NCBI GenBank assembly: GCA_016748015.1
Contig: JAAOMT010000519.1
Location: 264,046-328,045 of the forward strand
Direction of reading: 5' to 3'
DNA: 64,000 nucleotides
Origin: Geosiphon pyriformis uo1
Taxonomy: Eukaryota; Fungi; Glomeromycota
A model generated the notes under the pieces. The model was not told the origin of the DNA. It searched no databases and saw only the letters and a program-made list of their open reading frames with translations. Positions 23,280 through 37,487 of this stretch are shown here, piece by piece; positions within the stretch are counted from its first letter, which is position 1; every line of letters begins with the position of its first letter. A program made the translations under genes and the position numbers.

Positions 23280-25653
23280 GTTCTTGGCAATGATTGGAGA
23301 CTAGAATCCAAGCAGGGTTGAAAGTTTCAAACTATTTAAGGTTAATGTGAACTTTGGGCTGAATAAAACTTCCCTTTATATATTGTCGAGTTTAGATTTT
23401 TATTGAGCCCCTTGACTGCTCAGCTGCTCTTTACTTTTGGCCTTTCGAAAAGTTATATAACGTCATTAGAAGCAGGAAAAGTACTATTAATAGAAGAAAA
23501 TGCTTTTTTATCTTTTATCTTTCATTTTTGAATGTACTCCTTGACATACTGTCATGTGTGAAAAGTTTTTTCAAAAGACTTTTTTTGAACAAAAGATTCC
23601 TGTGAGGTTTATCAAGGATAAATATTATTTTTTTTTCAAAGTTCTGATGTTAAGGATACAGATGTCTGAAAAATATTTATCTGTAATGATCGCTAAGCAT
23701 GCATACATTGTGTCCAAAAGAGTTTTATTGTCAACTTGAAAATTTTGATGATCTCGTAACAAAGTTTTTTTTTATTTTTATTTTTTTTAAAGCTTCAATT
23801 CATTACTGTATTCAACTAACTGAAAAAAATGTTTAGTTAGTTTTCTTGTTTGATACTAGATAAATATTACATAGAATTTGAGCAATAAATGTTTGTTTGA
23901 GTAGGTATGTGAAAAAAGTTCTAAATTTCTTTTTTCTTTTTGCGAAATCTAATCCAAATACTATGAAAATATTTGATTGACATTATGAATTTATTAAAGC
24001 CATTGTTTTCTCAAAAAAAAAAGAAAAATCAATTGGTAAGCCACAATACTTTTAAAATTGAGGAGAGTTCGTAATCGGAACCAAAATAAAGAAAAATTTA
24101 AAATAATCCTAAAAAATTTTCACATCAATTGTTGATGTTCTATTTAGAACAAAGAGAAGTAAATAATAAATAATAAGATTAATACCCCGCAAATCAAATA
24201 ATAAGTTTTTGGTTCGATTTGGAATATAATGTTTTTTTTTTGTTTTACTTTTCCCGATTCAAATGAATTGAAATTTTTTTTGTTTGAATGAGAATTACAA
24301 TAATATTCGTTCAAAATTACGCATTTGTTAAATAATATCTAAAAGTAAACTGACAATCCTCAATTAACTTTAAAACTCCAAAAAAACATAGATCAGATTA
24401 ACGAAAAGTATGTCATGACTTGGAAAATCTTTAATAATCTTATTTTGGGAAGATAAAATTATTATATAGTGGAGATTTTTAGATTTCTTGATAATTTAAT
24501 TTTTCCGAATTCATAAAAAATGGCTCAAGTAAAAACTTTAACCATTCTTTTAGAGCTTGCTAAAAATTGTGTCAAATCTTATGCAAAACAAAAAATCTCT
24601 AATCTTATAGCTTCCCACGTGTTTTTCTAGTAAAACTTTCGCAAGAAATGTTTCCCTTTGAGTTTTTCTTTAAATCTAACAAAAAATTTATTACCATCTA
24701 GTCACAGAAATTTTAATCAATTTAATTTTTAGTAAAATATTTATTTATTTATTTATTTATTTAATAATTCAAACGTGAAGATAAAAACTGTTACTCCGAA
24801 TAATAAAATTTTTCCAACATATTACATTCAGCGTTTATTAATAATTTACAAAATGTTATAGCTTAACTTTAAAAAATAATTTCCGATTTAAGTCTGTGTA
24901 TAGAATGAATTTCGTTTTAAAAAAGGGAATAAAATTTCCAAAAAACATGTCACAAAAGTCTATTTCACATTGGTATAATCAGATCAAATATGGAAATATG
25001 CGATTAGTCAACCAAGACAATTTGGGTTTTCATTGCTTTTGGAAATTAACTATATTTTTCAATATGACAAAAAAAATTTTTTTTTTAACCTTTACATAAA
25101 CTTCAAATATATTTTCAAGTTTGTCTTTGAAAGATTTTTTTGTTTTTTCTGTTCTAATAAATTTATAAAAATTTTGAATAATGCATAATTGGCTTTTTCT
25201 TTTTTTTTTTTGCAAAAACATTTTTTATTATTTTGCTTAACAGCTTTTTTTTTGTGATAAAATTTTTAAGAAAGTGTCTAATATAATTTTTCTCAAATTA
25301 TTTAGCCTAATATATTTGTAAATATTCCCAAAGAAAATTTTATTATTATTTATCCATAATCAATTAATTAGTTTCTTTAATAGTTTTTAAATTAAACCAT
25401 TGTTGCAGATCGAAGTTGCCAAAATTACTCTTTTTGTTCAAAAAATTGAACTTTGGTATCACTCTTATCTTGCTTTCATTAGTATTGATTCCTTTATTTA
25501 GATTTGTTTGTCCTCGGAACTCTTCCTAGCTTGCCTGTGACAGTGGATAATTTCTCCTCTAACCTTCCTAATAGATGTTTTTGAACTAGTTATTCAATCG
25601 TTAAAATGACAACATTTCAATTTTTTTTTTCTCCAACCAAATTACTAAACAGG

Positions 25654-27017
25654 ATGAAACCTCACAGAGTCGACTTTAATCACTATTTCGTCATTTAGCT
25701 TAATAAAATCTAGTTAAAAAGATCAAAGAAATTATATATTGGTAAGACTTTTAAGTTTCCTTTCTAAACCATAAGATGTTGTTGCTAGATATAGATTTGG
25801 GTGTCTCAAAGTTACAAGGCGGTAGGAGAGAACAAATGGATGAGTTTGATATCACACATAATTATTTCAAGGAAAAGGGATATGCACTTTTTTTGATATA
25901 TGATGGGCATGGGGATAATCGATTTTCTAAGGTTATAGTCATTGAATGAAGTATTGAATTTTATTTTTTATTTTTCATTCCTTTTTTTGGCGAAATTATA
26001 TTTGAATCCCTAGCATGCAAAAAAAAACTTGGCCAACTTCATTGTAAATGATCCAGACTTCATTAAAGGTAACTACGCAAACGCTTTTCGACATGGTTTT
26101 CAAAAAGAAGATGCTGCTTTGATGGAAAGTTTTGGCCTTACAAAGAAAGGTGGTACTACTGTCACTGGTGAGATAACTCGGTTTGCAAAAAATCTCATTG
26201 ATCGAGATTCTCATTATTCATAATTATATATATATATATTTCCTGCATTTTAAGCTGCTCTGTTGCTAAAAAATGAGGCAAAGTGCTATATTGCCAATGT
26301 CGGAGATAGTAATGCTGTTCTTGGTAAGAAAAATGATATATCTCTAGAGGCAAACCTAGCTAATGTTGAAGACAAAGTTTACAGAAAGGAAGAAAGGAGA
26401 CGGTAAAATAATTGAATAAAATCTCTCCGTTAAATTTCTCAATTATTACTGACCTTCTACAATTATTGCTATTAAAGATTAGAAAAGGCTGGTACAAATA
26501 TCAGTGGAGGGCGACTCGTTCGTCATCGTCATTCAGTGAACATGACCAGAGGTAAGATTCAGAGATTCTAAACTTCTTTGATAGTAATGAATTTAGTTTT
26601 ACTAAAATATCTGTACCACGTTTTCACACAGCACTTGGTGATTTTGACTTTAAGGCCCCTCAGACTGAGACTGGTCAAGATTGGATATCTCCGGTGCCAC
26701 ATGTTCGAGTTATCAATTTGGTTCCAGAAGATAAATTTTTAATTCTTGCGTCCGATGGTAGTATTGGTTACGTTTACGGTACAACTATTCAACTGAAAAA
26801 ATCTCAAAATAAAGCACTTCCCATTTGATGTTTCATAGGTCTTTGGAATTTTTTTGATCAGAATTCTGTGGTAGCCACCGTGGCCGATGAAATTGATCTT
26901 GGTTACAATGTTCAGCAAATAGCCCAAGAATTGGCTGTCACGGTCGTTGAGGAAAACAAGAAATTTAGTGATAATATCACCGTAGTTCTTGTGAGTTTTA
27001 TTTGGGAAAATGAGTAA
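25654..27017 (+). CDS. PPM/PP2C-family Ser/Thr protein phosphatase, about 288 aa, 8 exons (5' micro-exons uncertain)
   Basis: Exons 25654-25668 (uncertain), 25714-25741, 25789-25931, 26014-26167, 26255-26402, 26478-26551, 26632-26757, 26839-27017. Motifs QGGRREQMDE, IYDGHG, GGTT, IANVGDS, NMTRALGDFDFK, LILASDGLW, SDNITVVLV. Confidence 0.92.
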
Positions 27018-28488
27018 AGACTATGTGATAATTGAGACATCTTGATTTTGATCAATAATAACCAATTCTTATTTACAATTCGAAAAATTTGCTATTAAGG
27101 CTAATAATATTAATGACAAAATTGCGGTTTCATATGTCATGTTTTTTTTTAAAAAATAAAAATTAAAGAGAGTGGCCATAAGCCACTGAACAATCAAATG
27201 ACCAAATAGGGAAACTTTTTATTTAATAAATTAAAAAAGATTCTTACTTAAAAATCTATTTTAATTAATTTATTTACACACATTTTTATTAATATACCAA
27301 CATTTTTGCTGGATACAATAAATAAAAACTTAAATAAATATTTATTTAAAATGCTTTATATTGTAATATCTTATTTAATCATAATTACACTATTTTTTTT
27401 ATTTCTAAATTTTAATTTTTTCGAAATTAAGTTTATATTATCAATAATCTAAAAAGCAGCTTTATTCTTTATAAAAAAAACAAATTATCATTTTATGTAT
27501 TTACATTAGCTTTTAATACATTTGTTTATTTTTTTAGCATAGATTTAATTAACTGGTATGAATATTAATTTTTATATAATTTTTTATATTAATTTTTAAA
27601 TATATTGAATTTTTTCAAAAAAATTGTTAAAGTAACTTTGATTTCAGTTTTTTTAGTTTTTGCTTATGATTGCATATAATAAAAATTATTAAATTATTTT
27701 ATTGTAATTGATAATTTTTTAATTTTTTAAAACAATTTTTATTTTAATAATATATATAAAATATTTTTTTTTTTTTTTTGAATTAAAAATAAGGTAATAT
27801 TATTTATCTTTTTAGTTTGTTTTCAAAAACTCAAAAAATATGTATTATTTGATTAAAAATTTTGACCTTAAAAATATTTATAAATTTATTACTTTTGATT
27901 TTTATTTATTTATTTATTTATTGGTTAGGAAATTAAATTGAATATTTTAAAAATGTTCATCTTTACCATTTCAAAATAAATTAATTTTAAATCAAATAGA
28001 AAACAGAAAAAATGGCAATAAATTTATTTCGTAAGAAATTATAATCGTAATCTTGTTAAAATGCGATAATATTACATTACTAAAATTTAATAGTTGAAAT
28101 AATAAGGGTTTTCATCTATGAGATGGATAATTGTATCTTGCTGTGTGTTAAAACCATCACTCGGAAATGCTTACAACAAGTTAATCACATTTTATAAAAT
28201 AAAAAATCCAGTTTCTTAAAAACTTGGATTTTTGAGCATATTTACATGCATAAAGTTTATTCTTAATTTAAATTATTTGTCCTGCAATTGGTGAAATTAC
28301 TTAATTCTCTGACAATTTTTCAAAATCATTAATTTCCAGAAAATGGACTGCAGATTATGCTTACAATGATAAATTCAGCATCCAAGCTTCCAAAGTTCTC
28401 AAAAAATTAGTCGTTTTTGAAAACCTTAAATTTAATTTCGAATATAAAAAAATCGAAAAATTTTTATTACAACTGACTAAGCTATTTC

Positions 28489-28540
28489 CTTTACTTTACT
28501 TTACTTTACTTTTACTTTACTTTGCGTTTACTTTACTTTA
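28489..28540. repeat. (TTTAC)n pentanucleotide repeat
   Basis: About 10 units, one interrupted. Confidence 0.9.
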
Positions 28541-29896
28541 TTGTATAAAAGATTTTTCAAGGAAAAAAAATGGCAATCTATGAAAGCCGTTCTCAAAGTT
28601 AAATTATGAAAAGTGCAAAAATGTTTTCTTGGTAAAGAGAGTAAGTAGAACAGTATTTTTGGAACTGATCATGATATTCATTGAGTCTGACATAGGAGAA
28701 AGTTTAAACTTTGTTTTATACCATGAAGTGGGAAAATCTTCAATTTCTGCTTCATGCAAAAAAAAAAAAAATTTTCCGCATTCACGCCACATTTTTTCAT
28801 TGGGTTAGATACAATGATAGTCCCTAATTGTCACAGCCTCGAGTTATCAAAAACCAATTCCAAGTAAGTAAAAGAAAAAAATGATGATACTATAAATGGT
28901 AATACTTTGTTGGAAGAAAAAAGATGAAAACTGGAAAAAGCAAGTTAGCAGAACTACATTTATAGATATCTAGTTGTCTGAATATTCCCAACTTAAACTC
29001 AAATTGATTCTCTGAAAGAAATGGACATATTAAAAAATTAGCTAGCAGACGAATCGTATGCAAAACTTATAAATTTTTTGTCAAAAATAAACTGCCAAAA
29101 TAGTAATTACGCATTAAAGTTATTTTTTATTTTAAAATCTGGTTTTGATTCCTTAGAAGTAACTGAAAAATCAATGGATTACTTAAACATTTTTTTTTTT
29201 GTTTTTAATTTTATTTCACATGTTAAAGCTCATTGGTCTTTAAATTCTTTTTGAGATTAGGAGACAAAATATTAAACTCACGTATCATTCCATGAATATA
29301 TTCAATGATGATTTATTTAGCTCAATAATTTTAATTGTTTTTTTTTAAAGGAACTAAACAACCAATCAAAAGAAACTTGAGCAATCTTAATAAGGTAGCA
29401 AAAATGAAATCACAATCATCCTTTGTTTAAATGGCGCATGTATCGGAGAGTTACAGTTTTACCAGTTAACTGCAGGAAGAACAAATGGTAGGCTTTCATA
29501 CACAGCCCTTATACAGAATTGAGTGCTGCAAACAGCAGGAGTATATTCTTCGTCAGAAGCCGCATTTTTATTAGTTTGACCCATTATTAATTTTACATTC
29601 ACTTTTAAATGCTGCGCACATTTTGTTCATTTGGCTTTTTCTTATTTGCCTGAAACTTTATGTATCAAAATATAAGATTATTGGTAATATTCTTAAATGA
29701 CGCTGTCGGTGAACAATCTCACTTTGACTGATATTTATTCATGAATACATGGCATCGCCTTCGTTTATTGTGTGTGATATACTTTTTAGAAAAAATATAT
29801 AAATTAATTCTTTTTGAAAATTGCCATTTTTTCTTTTCAAACCAATTCTCATAATTTGAATTAATACACTTCAATTTCATATTATTTTTCAAAAAA

Positions 29897-30696
29897 ATGT
29901 CCCAACGTCAAACCTTACCTGGAAAAAAATCATATCAATGGTCTATATCAAAATATTTAGACCATAAAATTGTTCTTTTTCAATTTTTTCCATACCACAC
30001 AGAGGAAGAATTTGACCGTCTACGAGAAAACTTTAAACCAACAACAAGAGACCAACTGGTATACTGCGATAGTGAGCCTTACAAGTGGGTTGATCAATAC
30101 TGGTTGTGCAATCTTCCGGAGCAACAACTTTTCAATGTGGTCAACACTCCAGATATTGGTTTTGAAATTTACTTTAATCGAATGAAAGCATCTAGAATGA
30201 TTGGTGGAATGTTTAGTCTGGCTGGAACTGATTATGATATAGCTGAGGGTAAGCAAATTCAAGTTTTTTTTTTCAAGTTTACAAATCTCTTTTTAAACTT
30301 AGCATTCTCTGAAATCTTATTCTTTGTTTGTTTGTTTGTTTTTTTTCTTTCTATCTTTCTTTCTTTCTAAAATAGTTGAAGCTGCTGCAGATAAGGAAGT
30401 AAAAGCAAAATTCAACCAATTTAAAACATCAGAAAAGCAACAGGTACTTTCATATCAAAAGTTTTTATTAATTTTTTTCACAAATTCTTTTTCTAATTAT
30501 TAAAATATAATTGATTTTTTTCATTCTTTTAAAAAAGCGATTGGAGGAATTGTTCTTTCGGGCAGTGAAACGAAACAAGATAAAAGGTACTACAATCAAG
30601 GAAGATATTCGAATTATAAAAATTATTCGAAAAACGGGACGACATCAATTGTCGAAAGACAAATTTCATAATTTATCATCACGTTTAGTTGCATAA
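29897..30696 (+). CDS. Hypothetical protein, about 192 aa, 3 exons
   Basis: Exons 29897-30248, 30376-30443 and 30538-30696 join in frame over GT-AG introns (579 nt); AAAAAAATG start context; no recognised domain. Confidence 0.7.
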
Positions 30697-31022
30697 TAAA
30701 AATCTTCTTTACCATAAGACTTGAGATAAAGATATTTTTAAATTACAAAAATACCCATCACCAAATTAAGGATTTAGCTTAGAAATTTAGAAATTTAAAT
30801 AAATAGAGTAATAGACATACTAGCAAAAAATCCTCCCCAAATATATTTGTGAATAGTATTTTATGTTTTTTAATCATTTCCTCAAACTTCTCTCACCAAA
30901 ATTGCCATAAGATCTTTCTACAAAATTGCAGGTCAATTTCATACATTCGAAAATATGAAAAACACAGATTTATAAAAATTCATAGTGTCTAAATGATTTT
31001 GAAATTCCATGTCAAAAGAACG

Positions 31023-31775
31023 TTATCTACGGGAAAATATATCTTCAATTGCAATAATAGCCTGAGATTTTCTTTGGCGAGCTGATTTCAAATATTTCAA
31101 TGCCATATGAGTATCACGTACTGTCCCAATACCATAACGGAAGCACTTTCCCAACGCGTATTTGCCTTCTGCCTTCTGATTTTTAGCTGATTGTGAAAAC
31201 CAATAGAATGCTTTTCGGGTATCTATTGAGCATCCAAGACCCAAACTATAGAATGCACCCAGAGAAATTTGAGCCATGGCATGACCACCTAGAGAAGATT
31301 TGAGCATACATTGGAAAGCAGCTTCTACACCTCCTCTATCCTGATAAGAAAATGCAAGGTCATATAGAGCTCGAGCCGACCCGGTTTTCGCAGCTTTACT
31401 GAACCAAACAAATCCTTGATCTGGATTGGGTTTAGTCCCACGACCATAAATGTAACAGTTTCCCAAGTGAATTTGACTTAATGTATCATTATATTCGTTT
31501 GCTGCGAGTTTATATGCATTGAAAGCTTTTTCGAGATCAATTTTCGTACCGATTCCGTATCGATAAAAGAAGCCAACTAAATGAGTTTTATGCGATATCA
31601 TAGGATAATCACAAAGCCATTCCAAAAATTCTTCGGGATTTTCATTATTTTCCTTCAAGAATTTCTTAGTATTTCCTATTACTTCATCTTTGCTAACGCC
31701 ACGGTTTGCCAATACGAAGTTCGATCGGCTAAGATTCATTACCATACATTCTCTGAACTCGTTTGTGTTATTCAT
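31023..31775 (-). CDS. Sel1-like repeat (SLR/HCP-like) protein, intronless, about 250 aa
   Basis: About five SLR units such as VGFFYRYGIGTKIDLEKAFNAYKLAA, LGNCYIYGRGTKPNPDQGFVWFSKAA and LGKCFRYGIGTVRDTHMALKYL; first ATG at 31775. Confidence 0.93.
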   Translation of the reverse strand: MNNTNEFRECMVMNLSRSNFVLANRGVSKDEVIGNTKKFLKENNENPEEFLEWLCDYPMISHKTHLVGFFYRYGIGTKIDLEKAFNAYKLAANEYNDTLSQIHLGNCYIYGRGTKPNPDQGFVWFSKAAKTGSARALYDLAFSYQDRGGVEAAFQCMLKSSLGGHAMAQISLGAFYSLGLGCSIDTRKAFYWFSQSAKNQKAEGKYALGKCFRYGIGTVRDTHMALKYLKSARQRKSQAIIAIEDIFSRR

Positions 31776-33160
31776 AGTCTTTGGAAAACTCAATAATTTT
31801 TAATTTTGCTGTTGATTCGTAATGTCAGACTGATCAAAAATCACAATTCAAAATAAAGATTATTTTTTGGTTTTTAGCGTATCAAGTTAATTAATCATCA
31901 TCATCATAATGATGATAACTACACCTGAAACTTTTTAGCCTGCACGTTGTACATGGTGACACCCGTTAATCCGAATTCGGGACTTTGGTTTACAATGTTA
32001 TTAACATACAATAAATTTAAAATTCAAAAAAATAAAATAAAATAAAGTTAATTATATCAGATATTATAAGTTAAATCATTTATCTCTTTTTCAAGTTGTT
32101 TAACTTTGATGCTAGAATTTTTCATAAATACACTATCTAAACCAATAATTCCAAGGTTCTTTGAACATTTACAACTTCAACTTCTTCAAAATTTTCAAAA
32201 TCTTTTATACTAACAACATAGAAAAAAGTAAAATTACTATTTTTGTTCATCTTATATAAATTGAAATAAATTTAACAGAAGTTTAAGCCTGTACAATAAA
32301 ATAATTACATATTTAATATTAAAAAGAAAAATTTAAATGTTTATCTGCAATAACTTTATCATAAATATTGACTTAATTTATAACAAGCAATTTTTTTTTA
32401 GTAGTAATTAAAAATATTTAATTTAAGTAAAAATTAATTTAATAAATTTATAAATTAAAAACTTTGTTTAAAAATAATTCTAGTTGTAAATAAATTGTCA
32501 TATTTAATAAAAAATATTTTTTTAAAAAAAACTGCTAAATTAATTTTGATATAAACACTTAACAAATTTGAAACTTAAATTTGTAATTATAATAAAGTAT
32601 ATATTAATTGTGATAAATTAAAAATGCTTTATTTAATTTAAAATAAAAATGAAGAAATAATTCAATATTTAGTTAATTACCAAATTTATGAGTTTTACTA
32701 ATGAAAAAATACTTTCTTTTAAAGCTATTAATTGTGCCAATTTTAGAAAAAATACTTCAAAAAATTAATAAAAGAGTGATTTCTAGTTCAAAAATAGCAA
32801 TAGATTAAAATTTAAATAATTAACTAGCATTTACTCAAAATTTGAAAGCAAAATTTTATGATTGTAGAATTAGCAAAAAAATAAATTAATATAACTGTTG
32901 CTAATATGCAAAAAAATTAAAATTATTTTAAAAACAAGTACATAAAGATAAAGATAAATATATGTTTTAATTTCAATTGAAATCAAGTTGTATTTTAAAA
33001 TAAAAATATATTACCTGATATATTTAAAAATTTAAGAATTTAGAAAAAGAAAAAAATATTTAGTATTTAAAATATTTATTGAAGGTTTACATATAAGATT
33101 GTTTTTTGGTTTTTGGTTTTAATAAATTGATTTGTTTTAAACACAATTTCAATGTTGCTT

Positions 33161-33350
33161 TTATAATTAGAAAATATAAATTAAATCATTTTTATTTATT
33201 ATATATTGTTTTAAAAAAAAAATTTATAATTAGAATATATAAATTAAATCATTTTTATTTATTATATATTGTTTAAAAAAAAAATTTATAATTAGAATAT
33301 ATAAATTAAATTATTTTTATTTATTATATATTGTTTTGAAAAAAAAATTA
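33161..33350. repeat. Tandem repeat, 3 copies of about 62-63 bp
   Basis: Unit TTATAATTAGAATATATAAATTAAATCATTTTTATTTATTATATATTGTTT(A)n starts at 33161, 33224 and 33286. Confidence 0.9.
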
Positions 33351-36113
33351 TTTTATTAATGTTACTCGATCAAATTTTTATTAAAAACTTGAAAATTAAT
33401 AAATAAAATTGAATAAAATATCATTTTGCTTTGTGGCTGATTTATAAAAATAAGTTAAGTTTTTTTAATATTTAAAATAATAATAAATTATTTGTTAAAG
33501 TATAATAATTGTCAAATTAAGAATTTCAAAAAATATTGAATTAAATCTTCAATAGATTTTCAGAAATAAATAAAATTGACAATATATTAAAATATTTTTG
33601 ATTGGTTTATATAATATTCAGTTTAACTTATCTTTAATTTATTTATTTTAGCTCAATAAAATTTACAAATATGAAATATTTCAAAAAATCTGTTTATTTT
33701 TTTTAAAGGTTTATATATCTCAAACTATAATTTAAATTGGTTTTTTTTGTTGAAATTTAAGAGTTGTATAGTATTTCGTTATTCTTAAAATATTTCAACT
33801 TTTTTATATTATTGAAAACTTGAAAATTCTTAATTAAGAAATCAAATAATTTTTTTCATGTTTTTCGCAATTGTTAAACTAAAACAAAAAATATTCAAAT
33901 TGATAAGCTTGAATTATTTTATAACAAATATTTTTTTTATATAAATTTAAATATTTATTAAGAAATTTAAAATATTGTGTATTATTAAATTAAATTCAAT
34001 GATTAAAAGTGTGGAATGACTTTTGGTTTAGAAATACCAATTTTGAATTTATAAAAAATTTTGATATGATCAATCAATAATTTTTATATTTTATTTAATA
34101 TTGTCATTAATTTGAAATTAATACTTGTAAACCAAAATTTTTGATTGATTGAATATTTGATATAATTAATTAAATAAATTTTGACTTTATTTATTCTAAA
34201 CTATCAAACTAATTATATTTAAAACATTCAATAATATTAAAAACACTACATTTATATTATTAAATATATATATAATAAATTGGTTAAAAAAATAACAATT
34301 ATAATTTAAATATTATTATTTAAATTTTATATACATTAATGTTTAAAAATAATACAAAATAAATTGATAATTTTATTTATATTGTTACATTTGAATATTT
34401 TACATAATAAATTATGAATGTATTAACCCCATATTTAGCTACTCTATTTTTAGAAATATTTATTGATTTAATTATTGATTTAGTTATTAGCTCAATAATT
34501 GACTTGTTTATTACCTAAATTTTTAACTCAATTATTGAAAAATATTTTAACACTTAAAAATTTTTTTGTTATAAAATCACAATTACTTTTTTAAATCAAT
34601 TTTATATTTTCTTTTTTTTTCTTGATTTGTATTTATAAAATTAGTCAAAGAAATAAAAAACTTGCCTTAATAATTTACTAAATAAACAATCATTGAAAAT
34701 AAAAAATACTAGTTATTATATTCTAAGAACATAAAATTATAGCAGGTGTATTATCATTATTGACAATTACAAACTATTCTTTAACATTCACATTTCTCTT
34801 AAAAATATTAAAAAATGTGATTTTAAGATTAATCACATCAATTTGTTTTCTGAATGTAATTTCTGAAGTTAAACTTATATTGCTCTTATTTACTTTCTTC
34901 TTTGTTATCTTTTAACATATTATTTCAACTCATAACAATATCATAAATTTTAAAGCTTTTATTTTGTTATAAAAAAAATAAAAAGCAAATCAATGAAATT
35001 TAAATTATAAATATTTATCTTAATAAATATACATATTATAAACAACAAAACTAGTAATGTCATTTATATATGATTATTAATATATCTTTTTAACCATTAA
35101 ATATATTAAATACACATAATAAACAAAAAATATTGAAAATTTAAACACTCAAATATTCGAAAAAAGCACCTTATCACACGAAACCTCAGCTATTAACAAT
35201 TTTTTTTGGTTGTTTTTTTTTAAATTTTATATCATATATTAGGTCATATAAATATATATTAACAAATTATTTTTTGCTTATGTAATAATTATAAATGTTT
35301 TTTTATAAAACCTATATTTATATATAATAATTAAAATTTTAAAATTTTTTAGCTTTGGTTTCATTTATTTCAAATTATTTAACAATGTTATAATTTGCAT
35401 TTTAATATAAATTACATTTATATTTTATATTTAATAATAGCTTTACATATAATTAAGAACAAAAAAATAATTTCCAAAATATATTCTTTGAACAAATTAA
35501 TAACAATATTTTTTATTGATACATAAAACTAATATATATATGAACAACATATTTATTCTCTTACCGTCAAACAATGTTTGTCTAAAAACAATTGTAATTA
35601 AAATAAAATAAAACCTTCATAAAAAGATTGCTTTATTTAAAAGTTTATTAAATTTTATAAACAAGATAATAATAATTCAAATTCAAATTCAAATTCTTTG
35701 CTTTCGTGTTCTCTTTTTCTTCGATTTCGGGTAAGCATTCAGGATCAGTTTCTCCAATATTAAAATTAAATTAAAATATTTTGGAAACTAAAAATAAACA
35801 AACTTCAACAAAAAAAGATATTTTTTTCGGTGGTAATGAGATTCTTTTAAATTGAATAATCAAAAATTATACAGAATTCACTTTATTTATTAGTACTAGT
35901 CTTAAATTAATTTTTGAAATAAAAATACTTTTGAAAAATGTAATTACAAGTAAATAAACATCAGTAATATGTTTAGAAAGTAACTAATTTTTAATTATGA
36001 TAAAATTCTTATCCTAATAAAGTTTGCTTTTGTATTTAAACGGAATTTTTCTATCAAAGAAAACTAGCTTTTATGAGAGAATTATAATGATGAAAAGTTT
36101 TTTCAATGAATTT

Positions 36114-36527
36114 TTAGGTTTGTAAAATGGTATTTGAGTTAAATTTTTCATGACTGTTTGGGTGGTTTGTATAGCTGCCTCTAGACCAGCTAGAGGATAT
36201 ATCTTCTTCGGGATTTTTTTTTGTTTTATCCAATATTAAACAATTTTCTAATGGCTGAATTACTTCTTCATAGACTTCCGGATGTATTTGAGCCCAAGTC
36301 ATCGAATTTGGTCTTTTCTGTGTCATATTTATGGGCAAAAGTCTCGCTACATTAAACTTTTTCTTTCCATTTTTACAAACAGGCCGATTGGTCGGAGTAT
36401 GACACCGTTCTCGAGATCGTCGAAAGACGAGTAGAGTAAAAATGAAGAGAAACCAGACGATTAAGACGGCGCAGAATAAATAAAATGCTCGGTCTGAGAA
36501 ATTCTCAAATTTGAATTCCATTTTCAT
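36114..36527 (-). CDS. Small single-pass membrane protein, hypothetical
   Basis: ATG at 36527 or 36521; hydrophobic helix FYLFCAVLIVWFLFIFTLLVF followed by basic RRSRER. Confidence 0.6.
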   Translation of the reverse strand: MKMEFKFENFSDRAFYLFCAVLIVWFLFIFTLLVFRRSRERCHTPTNRPVCKNGKKKFNVARLLPINMTQKRPNSMTWAQIHPEVYEEVIQPLENCLILDKTKKNPEEDISSSWSRGSYTNHPNSHEKFNSNTILQT

Positions 36528-37091
36528 GCATGTATATACATATGAATATAGTGTATTTATATCTGTTCTAGCAGTAAAAATGATTGAAAGATGACAATAT
36601 ATGCTAGTATTTCTAACTCCAAGCGGTTCTCCAGTTTTTGCCTTCGCCAGCTTCAAACTTATGCAAAATATGTTTAGCGTTTGTAGTTGAGCTTAAATCT
36701 AAAAAGTTTTGTTACTATTTAATATACTTAAGTTGAAACAGCTATGATGAAACAACAATAATTGAGATTGAATAAAAAGGCCAGCTTAAACTAAATTCAA
36801 GTGTGATCTTCCTTTTCAAATTTTAGCTTCGGGGAAAATGTAGAAAAGTTTAGATTTGTTTATGAATCTCATAGATCTGATGCTCTCTATCACAAATTCT
36901 GATTCTCATTAAGTTATTTTTATTATCGATAAGTTTTCTACCCACAAGAAGGATCGTATTAGTAAACACGATCAAACAGAATAGCAAACTTTTCTTTCAA
37001 GGAGGCCTTTGAACTTTTTCTTTCACTTTTTAATACTTGAAAGGACTTTTAATGAAAATAACTCTAAACCTTTATTCATGCATTTGTCACC

Positions 37092-37487
37092 ATGTCAATT
37101 TTCATAATTCTGGGTATCGTTGGTATCTTTTTAATCCTACTGATAGTTTCAATATATATTTTCAAAAAGGCCCTTATAAACGATGGCACTAAATTTAAAC
37201 CTGATTCTAATACAAGAACCTTGAAGGTTGCTGAAAGTCAGCCTGTTGATTCACCATCAGATATGATTCCAATCCAAGAAAATGAATTTGAAGAAAAAAA
37301 ACTACAAATCTCTAAACGAAAACTCGAAGCCGTTATAGCAGAAGTACCAACTGCTTGGATAGCTTCGGAGCTTTCATCATCACCTATGATGATTGAGCCG
37401 ATATTGCCAGATGGTCATGATGAAATGGTATTGGGACAACCATCTTCATCGAAAATCAATCCACCTTTGGAGATTCACGTTGAATAG
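37092..37487 (+). CDS. Small single-pass membrane protein with acidic Pro/Ser-rich tail, hypothetical, 131 aa
   Basis: CACCATG start context; N-terminal TM IFIILGIVGIFLILLIVSIYIF followed by KK. Confidence 0.65.
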   Translation: MSIFIILGIVGIFLILLIVSIYIFKKALINDGTKFKPDSNTRTLKVAESQPVDSPSDMIPIQENEFEEKKLQISKRKLEAVIAEVPTAWIASELSSSPMMIEPILPDGHDEMVLGQPSSSKINPPLEIHVE

